Source of the DNA: a virus
Taxonomy: Duplodnaviria > Caudoviricetes
DNA: 29,198 nucleotides
IMG/VR virus record: IMGVR_UViG_3300020044_005488
Coordinates: 1 to 29,198 of that record
Strand: one strand, 5' to 3'
Each line of letters begins with the position of its first letter. The stretch's first letter is position 1. A model generated the notes under the pieces. That model was not told where the DNA came from, did no database searches, and saw nothing but the letters and a program-made list of their open reading frames with translations. The position numbers and the translations under genes are program-made. This document shows, piece after piece, positions 18,223-24,987 of this stretch.

Positions 18223-18883
18223 TTTTTGCCCTTTTTAGCCAATTTAAGCACGTTTTGAACGGCGATTGGTATGATGTATTCAATTTTTTATAATTGTCCA
18301 TTGAAATCAAAATTTCGGTGATTTCCTGAAATTCGAATGCGTCCATTAATTTGTTGGCTTCTGTTTCTGTCATTGGCTGATTCATTTTTTGGATGTTCGG
18401 ACAATTTTCAAAAATAAAAATCAACAACGGATTCAATGAATTTTTATAAATATCTTTTTCATTATTACATTCTTTTAATTCTTTTAATTCTTTTTTAGTG
18501 TTCACTCGTTGTTCATCCGTTGTTCGTTTGTTGTTCACTCGTTGTTCATTTTGTTGTTCACTCGATTGAAATTTTTGATAGTTAATGACTGATATTAAAC
18601 GACTTGTGTTTGTTTTTCGTTGTTCAATTTGTTGTTCATTTTCGAACAACTTTAACAACCTTTCAATCTTTGATTCCTGAATGCCGGTTTCATTCGCAAT
18701 TTTTTTTCGGCCGGTCACGAATTGACCTGGTTGTAAATCAATGATTTGACCATTCCAAAAATATTCCGATTTCGTGTGATTTGATTTCAACAAAATGTAA
18801 ATCCATAAATGAACCGCGTCGGAATCCATGAACCAACCTTTGTCCAAAATTGACCTGTGAACTTTTATCCAACCTTGTTCCAT
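18158..18883 (-). CDS. Phage replication initiator / replisome organizer
   Basis: N-terminal GWIKVHRSILD...LWIYILLK...LQPGQFVTGRKKIANETG winged helix, iteron-encoded linker, C-terminal NWLKR. Confidence 0.85.
   Translation of the reverse strand: MEQGWIKVHRSILDKGWFMDSDAVHLWIYILLKSNHTKSEYFWNGQIIDLQPGQFVTGRKKIANETGIQESKIERLLKLFENEQQIEQRKTNTSRLISVINYQKFQSSEQQNEQRVNNKRTTDEQRVNTKKELKELKECNNEKDIYKNSLNPLLIFIFENCPNIQKMNQPMTETEANKLMDAFEFQEITEILISMDNYKKLNTSYQSPFKTCLNWLKRAKNDKTNNNKPTKVDWTDAIRKW
18497..18650. repeat. Iterons of the putative replication origin (GTTGTTC core)
   Basis: Units at 18497, 18508, 18519, 18530, 18541 and 18553 (11-12 bp period), two more at 18619 and 18631, and one inverted copy at ~18644. 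An AT-rich tract lies next to them. Confidence 0.8.
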
Positions 18884-18891
18884 ATCAAAAC

Positions 18892-18959
18892 AAATCCGAC
18901 ACCCCTTTGTCGCTTCCCATGCGCCAAATTAACGCAAACGATTTCAGGGTGTCGGATTT
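18892..18959 (-). promoter_or_regulatory. Structured 5' leader of the replication gene (13-bp perfect outer stem with nested stems)
   Basis: aaatccgacaccc (18892-18904) pairs with gggtgtcggattt (18947-18959). Inner TCG/CGA and TGCG/CGCA stems. Ends 8 nt before the ATG. Confidence 0.65.
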
Positions 18960-19010
18960 TAAAGATTCTAATTTCATGAATTTGGAATTTGGGAATTGTA
19001 AAAATATAAA

Positions 19011-19403
19011 TCAAATTTTGATTTTCAAAACTTTGAACAATGATTTCACACGGTCGTCAATCTTTACTTTTTGACCATTTTTAATCGCGCTAATGTAGGC
19101 CGCCGAAAATTCCGGGTGCAATTCAACAAATCGTTTGATTGTTTTGAACTTCAACAATATTTCAATTCGAACCATTTCGCGCATTGTGTCGTTCAATTCA
19201 CCGTCCAAAACAATATTTCGCGTCGTTTGAATTAATGATTGAACAATGTCCAAATGTTCATTCAGTTTTTCGCCTGAATAACGTTCATTGATTAAATTGC
19301 TCAACATTTGATATGACAATCCGGACAATTGACTGAATCGTTTGACGTTTCCAAATTTCGCGCAAATGGTCGATTTCAATTTGTGACTATTAAATTTCTT
19401 CAT
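19011..19403 (-). CDS. Putative DNA-binding protein with two tandem XRE-like HTH repeats
   Basis: KFGNVKRFSQLSGLSYQMLSNLIN and KFKTIKRFVELHPEFSAAYISAIKNG align with each other. Confidence 0.6.
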   Translation of the reverse strand: MKKFNSHKLKSTICAKFGNVKRFSQLSGLSYQMLSNLINERYSGEKLNEHLDIVQSLIQTTRNIVLDGELNDTMREMVRIEILLKFKTIKRFVELHPEFSAAYISAIKNGQKVKIDDRVKSLFKVLKIKI

Positions 19404-19743
19404 AATTTGTGACCGCTTTTTGGATTTTATATCCGTGTAATTTTAACAATTCAATTGCTTTTTCAATTTCGGTTGATACCGGATTCAAATTGATTTCGGT
19501 TTGAACAAATTTGTTCTTTTTGAAATACGATTTTCGCGACATGCGCTTCACGTCTTTTGATTTTACCAAAAATCGACATCGGAAATTTTTGATTGTTGAT
19601 TCGCCACCGGTTAATTTTTCCAAACCGTTGTTTTTGCAAATCCTGGCGAAATCGTAACCGGTGAACGTTGATCCATTTGGAATTTCGTTCAATGACTGAT
19701 TCAAAATTTGCTGAATTGCTTTTTGATTAATTGTTGTCGTCAT
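19390..19743 (-). CDS. Hypothetical protein, possibly DNA-binding (start MTTTINQ at 19743)
   Basis: 117-aa basic ORF ending IEKAIELLKLHGYKI. Confidence 0.55.
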   Translation of the reverse strand: MTTTINQKAIQQILNQSLNEIPNGSTFTGYDFARICKNNGLEKLTGGESTIKNFRCRFLVKSKDVKRMSRKSYFKKNKFVQTEINLNPVSTEIEKAIELLKLHGYKIQKAVTNYEEI

Positions 19744-19921
19744 GACTTTCGTTGTTTTTAGGTGTTTGAATTCTGTTTCGTTTTTCTTTTTTGTAGGTGA
19801 AAAAACCAATTACCGCGTCAATGGCTTCGCCTATTTCAGCCGGTGACAATTGTTCGTCTGTTTGTCCTTTGCGCCATTTTTGAAATTTGCGCAATGTTTC
19901 AATTGCTTTGTTCGTCGTCAT
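19727..19921 (-). CDS. Small hypothetical protein (MTTNKAIETLRKFQKWRKG...)
   Basis: Overlaps both neighbours, consistent with translational coupling. Confidence 0.6.
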   Translation of the reverse strand: MTTNKAIETLRKFQKWRKGQTDEQLSPAEIGEAIDAVIGFFTYKKEKRNRIQTPKNNESHDDNN

Positions 19922-20831
19922 TATCAAATAAATTTTGGGCGTGAAAATGTGAATTCATTTGGTCAATTTCGGTTGAACGTTGACCGACATTTTTTTGAAA
20001 TTCCAAATCAGTTTTGAAACGTTCGTGTTTTTTTACGATGTGATTGAATTCGGAAAACGATGTCGCCAAATGCAATTCAACGATTGCGTTTTCCAATTCT
20101 TTTTTGATTATTGCTTTGCGTTTGCTCAAATAATTTTTGAAATAATCGTTGTTTTGCAATCCTGAATTTGAATTCCAAATTGTCATTAAATCATCGTGAT
20201 TTTTTGCCGTGTCAATTAAATGATAAACCATTTGGTCAACTTCGATTGGTTCAACTTGAATCGGTTCCGGTTGTTTAATTTCAACGTGTTGAATGTCGAT
20301 TGAATCGTTTCCGATTTCTTCAGCCGTGTAAGGCATGCCGCCCAATTCGTCGCTGAAACACAAACGAAAACCTTGCGACATTGCGACCTTTTTAATCATT
20401 GTGATTGGTTTTTCCTTCCAAAAACGATTCAGGACACCGGCATTTGTTTTTTGCGCGTACTCCTCAAACCATACTTCGTGAATGAATGGATGTTCCCAAT
20501 CTTTTCGATTGATTGTGATAACCGCTTTGATTTTGGAATCCGCCACGTTTTGACGGTTAATGTCGCCGAATGTTGTCACCGACCAACCGGACAATTTTCC
20601 GGTTCGTTCCGCGCGTTTGATGTACGTTTCAAATCCGACAATGATTGAAAATTTGTCGCCGAATTTCGACGCGTAAATTTCACGCTTAAACGGGTTTAGG
20701 CCAAACGCCTGACTGATTTCGACAAATTGTTGAACTTCGGATTTTGTCAATTTTCCGGTCAAATTCATTGTTTCCAAATACGTTCCGATTTTTTCCAAAT
20801 CGTTGGAAACGGTTGTCAATTCTTTTTTCAT
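19899..20831 (-). CDS. bet: Single-strand annealing protein, Bet/RecT family
   Basis: GLNPFKREIY, IIVGFETYIKRA, EVWFEEY and W..KPITMIKKVAMSQGFRLCF motifs. Confidence 0.88.
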   Translation of the reverse strand: MKKELTTVSNDLEKIGTYLETMNLTGKLTKSEVQQFVEISQAFGLNPFKREIYASKFGDKFSIIVGFETYIKRAERTGKLSGWSVTTFGDINRQNVADSKIKAVITINRKDWEHPFIHEVWFEEYAQKTNAGVLNRFWKEKPITMIKKVAMSQGFRLCFSDELGGMPYTAEEIGNDSIDIQHVEIKQPEPIQVEPIEVDQMVYHLIDTAKNHDDLMTIWNSNSGLQNNDYFKNYLSKRKAIIKKELENAIVELHLATSFSEFNHIVKKHERFKTDLEFQKNVGQRSTEIDQMNSHFHAQNLFDNDDEQSN

Positions 20832-20856
20832 GTTGTTGTTGTTGTTGTTAATTTTG

Positions 20857-20886
20857 CAAATATAAATTAAATTTTATTTTGACAAA
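20857..20886 (-). promoter_or_regulatory. Bacteroidota sigma-A-type promoter for bet
   Basis: TTTG (20883-20886), an 18-nt spacer, TATATTTG (20857-20864), then an (AAC)6 leader and the ATG. Confidence 0.65.
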
Positions 20887-21362
20887 GTGATTTCAACCGA
20901 TGTTTTTGAACTTTTTATTGGTTGCCAAAATTCAATGATTTCACCGGTTTGTTCGTCAACGGTTGTCATTTTGGTTTGAACGGATTTCAATGTTAATTCC
21001 AATGACTTCAAATCATTCGTCAATTCGTCAATGGCTTGTTTTTTAGCCACCCACAACGCGGTGTTTGAATAGTCATATTTGACGCCGGTTTCCTTTATTT
21101 TAAACGTCACGCCGTTTGTTTTGACACCGACTTTCGATTCGTTGCCGTACTTGTGTAATTCGTCAACCAATTGTTCCCGGACTGATGTCATGACATGATC
21201 CAAAGTTTGAATCATGAATTCAATTTTTGACGCGGTTTCAAACAAATTTGTTTGTCCGGATTCAATGTTCGAAATCATTTGTTCGGCTAATGTTTTGACG
21301 TTTGATTTTGTCAAATCGTTTGTTGAATTAAACAATTCAACGATTGTTGTTTTTTGTTTCAT
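20874..21362 (-). CDS. Hypothetical protein (helical, GVKYDYS motif)
   Basis: 162-aa ORF upstream of bet. Confidence 0.65.
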   Translation of the reverse strand: MKQKTTIVELFNSTNDLTKSNVKTLAEQMISNIESGQTNLFETASKIEFMIQTLDHVMTSVREQLVDELHKYGNESKVGVKTNGVTFKIKETGVKYDYSNTALWVAKKQAIDELTNDLKSLELTLKSVQTKMTTVDEQTGEIIEFWQPIKSSKTSVEITLSK

Positions 21363-21634
21363 GGTTGTTCGATTAATTTTTTAACTTTTGAAATAATGAT
21401 GTTTGATAATACTTTGCCAGGTTCCATGAATTCCGGTTGAATGGTTACCAAAAAAACAAACAACCAATTTGCATTCATGGCGTAAAAATCTGACTTGTCA
21501 ATTGTCAATTTGGATCGTCGGTTGACGTTGTTAATGACAAACGCGATTTCATGCGGAACAAATTCGTGTTTGATTTCGGAAATTTTTTTTCGGTTATTGT
21601 CGCGGAATATGTGACCGCCTTCATTTTTTAACAT
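21359..21634 (-). CDS. Hypothetical protein
   Basis: 91 aa, ATGA overlap with the downstream gene. Confidence 0.55.
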   Translation of the reverse strand: MLKNEGGHIFRDNNRKKISEIKHEFVPHEIAFVINNVNRRSKLTIDKSDFYAMNANWLFVFLVTIQPEFMEPGKVLSNIIISKVKKLIEQP

Positions 21635-21687
21635 AAATTTGTGATGTCTATTTGTGATGTGTTGTGTTGTTATTTCGTTGTTAATTG

Positions 21688-21723
21688 AACCGGGCCTTTC
21701 GTTGTTGTTGGCCCGGTTTTTTT
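21688..21723. terminator. GC-rich hairpin, probable intrinsic terminator
   Basis: aaccgggcc pairs with ggcccggtt around a 13-nt loop. The T-tract follows on the + strand; on the coding strand only TTCAATT follows. Confidence 0.6.
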
Positions 21724-22024
21724 ATTGTCGTTTATAATTAACAATATAATTTGAAACGCTGGAAACCATTAACAATCCAATGATAATTCCGTAAACAATC
21801 CACCACCGTTCCAAATAGCAAATCATTAAACCTGCAATTGAAAATGAAACAAAAATCGTTGACAACGCCGATTTGATAAATTCGACGAACTTCCGGTTTG
21901 ATTGCATCCAAACATGAAGACAACGACCGCATTTGATGTAATTATCTGAATCCGTTGTTTTATACGTTTTCACTATGTGCATTGAATTTTCGCCGCAATT
22001 GGGACATTTGAATTGATTGTTCAT
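21722..22024 (-). CDS. Zinc-ribbon protein with two C-terminal TM helices
   Basis: CPNCG...CGRCLHVW followed by two hydrophobic segments. Confidence 0.65.
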   Translation of the reverse strand: MNNQFKCPNCGENSMHIVKTYKTTDSDNYIKCGRCLHVWMQSNRKFVEFIKSALSTIFVSFSIAGLMICYLERWWIVYGIIIGLLMVSSVSNYIVNYKRQ

Positions 22025-22533
22025 TTGTTTTCGTTTAAATGGTTAATAATATCATTCATTTCAATCAATATGTCGCGAAATATTTCTATTTCAACACCAG
22101 GACGCAAACGTTCCAAAATTACGGGTTGCCACATTTTGATTGTTTCAATTAAAAGTAACATTTTACGCGCATTTTGTAACAATTCCGGATTATAAATGTC
22201 AATTGATTTTGCGACATTAAAATCAATCGGTGTCATTAACGGATCAACCGGTTCAACGTCTTCCAACCAGGATTCAAAATAAATATATTTGTCATTGTCG
22301 CCAATTCGGTCGTCGCCAATTTCAAATAAGACGTTGCCACACGCGTCGCAAATCATGCCGTCTTCATTTTCAAAATAATCGTCGTTGTAAAAATCAAACC
22401 AATTGTTTTTAATTGCCTCAATCGCGTCGGATTTCGATCCGGTGATTGTTTCAATGATTTTTGTTTTGCCACGTTGGCGCGTATGATTCGCGAACGTCAA
22501 AATGATGTTGTGTTTCTGAATAGTGTTTGACAT
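22021..22533 (-). CDS. Early hypothetical protein (start MSNTIQK at 22533)
   Basis: (AAC)4 leader before the ATG; acidic; contains CDACG. Confidence 0.6.
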   Translation of the reverse strand: MSNTIQKHNIILTFANHTRQRGKTKIIETITGSKSDAIEAIKNNWFDFYNDDYFENEDGMICDACGNVLFEIGDDRIGDNDKYIYFESWLEDVEPVDPLMTPIDFNVAKSIDIYNPELLQNARKMLLLIETIKMWQPVILERLRPGVEIEIFRDILIEMNDIINHLNENK

Positions 22534-22546
22534 GTTGTTGTTGTTT

Positions 22547-22768
22547 TTATTTGTTTGAATTGATTTTGTCTTCAATTGAACAAAATTGGTTTGCAAAATA
22601 TAAAAGTAAAACCGATTTGTTTTGATTCCATTCGTTGGCCGTAATTCCTAATTTTTTAGCCGCTTTGATTGCTAATTTTCTGAAATTAACGTCCATGACT
22701 AAATTTTCGCGTCTTTGCCATTCAGCATTGAAAAAATTTAAAGATTCCTGATTTTGTGTTGTTGTCAT
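22547..22768 (-). CDS. Early hypothetical protein
   Basis: 73 aa with an (AAC)4 leader. Confidence 0.65.
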   Translation of the reverse strand: MTTTQNQESLNFFNAEWQRRENLVMDVNFRKLAIKAAKKLGITANEWNQNKSVLLLYFANQFCSIEDKINSNK

Positions 22769-22781
22769 GTTGTTGTTGTTT

Positions 22782-22958
22782 TTAGTTTAATGTATAAATA
22801 AGATTAACACCTTTTAAAATTTTGGTCAATCTGTTTTTTGCTTGTTTTTCTGATGTAGTCGCAAATAAACATTGATTTGCTGAATCAACAATCATGAATG
22901 TTTTTCCTGATTTGAAAATTTTTGCGTAATAACTAAAAATGTGAATTGTTGTTGTCAT
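22782..22958 (-). CDS. Early hypothetical protein (start MTTTIHIF at 22958)
   Basis: First gene after promoter cassette A. Confidence 0.6.
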   Translation of the reverse strand: MTTTIHIFSYYAKIFKSGKTFMIVDSANQCLFATTSEKQAKNRLTKILKGVNLIYTLN

Positions 22959-22974
22959 GTTGTTTTTATTTATA

Positions 22975-23049
22975 TGCAAATATAAGTTAAAAATAATTTA
23001 AAAAACAAATATTTTTTAAATTATTTTTAACATTATTTTGTTAATAACT
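22975..23049 (-). promoter_or_regulatory. Promoter/operator cassette A
   Basis: -33 TTTG (23006-23009), 21-nt spacer, -7 TATATTTG (22977-22984). A perfect 20-bp inverted repeat (22986-23005 / 23012-23031) flanks the -33 box. Confidence 0.8.
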
Positions 23050-23259
23050 GATTATTGGCATTTCAATATAAGGATTGACAACTAATTGCATATGCGACGC
23101 AATTGAATCTGAATATTTTTTAATGTTTTCAATGTTTGCCAAATCTTTATATTGGATTTCTCTTTCTAACAATTTCTGATACATTGCTACATATTTTAAT
23201 GGTTCCGCAATATTTTTTTCTGTTAGTTTTACTAATTGTGTTTTGAATTTCGGTTTCAT
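23041..23259 (-). CDS. Early hypothetical protein
   Basis: 72 aa with an (AAC)3 leader. Confidence 0.65.
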   Translation of the reverse strand: MKPKFKTQLVKLTEKNIAEPLKYVAMYQKLLEREIQYKDLANIENIKKYSDSIASHMQLVVNPYIEMPIISY

Positions 23260-23272
23260 GTTGTTGTTTTTT

Positions 23273-23611
23273 TTAGTTTATGTATTGAAAATTTTTTCCG
23301 TATGATCCAATTGACATCCAAACATAATGTGAAGGTTGTGTTCCATAATCGCCGGTTTCAAACCATGTTGTCCCGCGTGACGCGATTTCATAAATCTTTA
23401 AAAGCATTTCACGTTGTTCGCCTTGATAATTTTCAGCAATCCAACATTCATTGATTGTTTTGTAATCAACATTAAAATTGACATTTGATTTTAAAATTTC
23501 AATTCTTACGCCTGAATAATGCTCACGGCAAATTGAAAATTTTGTTTTTGGGAATTGTTTTTTTAATTCCGTTCTAATTTCTTTAACTTGTTGTGTTGAG
23601 ATGTAACCCAT
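23273..23611 (-). CDS. LPD29-like (large polyvalent protein-associated domain) early protein (start MGYIST at 23611)
   Basis: The VKEIRTELKKQFPKTKFSI...YSGVRIEI pattern resembles LPD29. First gene after promoter cassette B. Confidence 0.6.
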   Translation of the reverse strand: MGYISTQQVKEIRTELKKQFPKTKFSICREHYSGVRIEILKSNVNFNVDYKTINECWIAENYQGEQREMLLKIYEIASRGTTWFETGDYGTQPSHYVWMSIGSYGKNFQYIN

Positions 23612-23639
23612 GTTGTTGTTGTTTTTTGAATTATTGATT

Positions 23640-23714
23640 TGCAAATATATGTTAAAATAAATTTAAAAAACAAATATTTTTTAAATTATTTTTAACAAAC
23701 TTTTGTTAATAACT
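23640..23714 (-). promoter_or_regulatory. Promoter/operator cassette B (near copy of A)
   Basis: 75 bp with 6 mismatches to 22975-23049 by hand alignment; same -33/-7 boxes and inverted repeat. Confidence 0.8.
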
Positions 23715-23737
23715 CAAAACAACCGAAAAAATGACTT

Positions 23738-24241
23738 TTATATTGAAACCAATGTCCACGATCCGACAACACCGTAATTTTGGCCGCATGTATTGTTCGC
23801 GCAATTAATGAACATTTGTTGGTCAAATGATACCGGAATTCCGCCAAAACTAAATTCAATTTCGTCACCCGGATTCATGGTAATTGTGTAATTCACATTT
23901 GGGATCATAAATATATTGTTGAAATTGTGAATTAAAACAACATTTGGCAAATTGATAAATGTTGAATTTGACCATGAAAAAACCAATTCAAACGGACAAT
24001 TTTGACCATTGACAACATTCAAAAAAATTGGTGGTGTCAAATACGGATTAAAACCACCGGATTGCCAATCACCAACAAAAAATTGCGGCCTTAACAAACA
24101 ATTGCAACCAGGCGGAATCGGTGTTCCGTCGTCTTCAAATTTGGGGCGACAATTGCAATCACAACCGCACGGTTGTTTTGACAAATCGTTTTTGACCTTT
24201 TGACTGATCCGATTCAGATAATTTTTGTCAATTATTCCCAT
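23738..24241 (-). CDS. Cys-rich structural protein (start MGIIDKNY at 24241)
   Basis: PCGCDCNC and GCNC motifs followed by a beta-rich, Ig-like-looking C-terminus. Confidence 0.6.
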   Translation of the reverse strand: MGIIDKNYLNRISQKVKNDLSKQPCGCDCNCRPKFEDDGTPIPPGCNCLLRPQFFVGDWQSGGFNPYLTPPIFLNVVNGQNCPFELVFSWSNSTFINLPNVVLIHNFNNIFMIPNVNYTITMNPGDEIEFSFGGIPVSFDQQMFINCANNTCGQNYGVVGSWTLVSI

Positions 24242-24651
24242 AACAATTTTATAAATATTGTCAAACTCATGTGACTGATAATGATTGCCGGGATTAACAT
24301 CCAAAATGACACGCCAAACGATTGATTTGCGAACGCGAAAATAAAAAACGTGATCCATGTATTGTGACACTGAACGCAACCGCCTAATGGCTTCCAAAGG
24401 AACCCAAACGGATTTTTTGGATTATCGCGAAAATATTTTTCAATGAAATCCATGTAAAACCCGAACACGTTTCCGGGACGATAACAGAATTCTAAAAAAA
24501 ACGACGTCATTGAACTGAATAAACCAATCGCGAACGCTTTTAAAATTAATTCATTCAAATATCCGTCGTCGGACAATTCAGAAATCAAAAATCCAATTGC
24601 GAACGAAACAATCGCAATCAATGTCGGTGTTGTGGTGTCTTTTGGGTTCAT
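24232..24651 (-). CDS. Multi-TM membrane protein with CxxC..W motif (DUF1360-like)
   Basis: Four hydrophobic segments; KPLGGCVQCHNTW at the start of the third. Confidence 0.65.
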   Translation of the reverse strand: MNPKDTTTPTLIAIVSFAIGFLISELSDDGYLNELILKAFAIGLFSSMTSFFLEFCYRPGNVFGFYMDFIEKYFRDNPKNPFGFLWKPLGGCVQCHNTWITFFIFAFANQSFGVSFWMLIPAIIISHMSLTIFIKLLWE

Positions 24652-24652
24652 T

Positions 24653-24967
24653 TTACAAACATGTTTGAACGATTCCGTTTAATTCAAAACAACATGCGCC
24701 GTCGGGCGTTGTCGCGTAATATGAACCGGGTGTTTGCAATGAAACCGGCAATTCAATTTTGACCATTGTTGTTGAGTCCTCGTTGAAAACCATTGTCAAT
24801 TGAATTTGTTCGTTCGGATCAAACGAAATTGTTTGTTCCAAATATGTTCCATTTGTCCAAATGTGAAATGTGAAATCTTCAGGGTTTGACGACCAATTCG
24901 CAAAACCGAAATCAATCGTTTGATTTGGTGCAAAGCAACCAATATTTTTAACGCAACCGCAATTCAT
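24653..24967 (-). CDS. Small Cys-rich beta protein, probably structural
   Basis: 104 aa, 6 Cys (MNCGC...GACC...TCL). Confidence 0.6.
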   Translation of the reverse strand: MNCGCVKNIGCFAPNQTIDFGFANWSSNPEDFTFHIWTNGTYLEQTISFDPNEQIQLTMVFNEDSTTMVKIELPVSLQTPGSYYATTPDGACCFELNGIVQTCL

Positions 24968-24987
24968 AATTTTTCAATTTTAGATAA

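Noticed and set aside
18497-18563. Short tandem repeats resembling a CRISPR array or VNTR
   Set aside because: The units are 11 bp without unique spacers, lie inside the initiator gene, and no cas genes are present. They fit iterons.
24362-24378. CVQCH as a c-type heme-binding CxxCH motif
   Set aside because: It sits at the start of a TM helix in a DUF1360-like CxxC..W context, with no cytochrome-like soluble domain. The His is probably incidental.
22534-24397. Long N-terminal extensions in the ORF track (22596, 22979, 23644 and 24397 here; also 12731, 16936, 17600, 19809, 27641 and 29157)
   Set aside because: They run through promoters, (AAC)n leaders or upstream genes. Downstream ATGs with A-rich leaders or ATGA coupling are more plausible starts.
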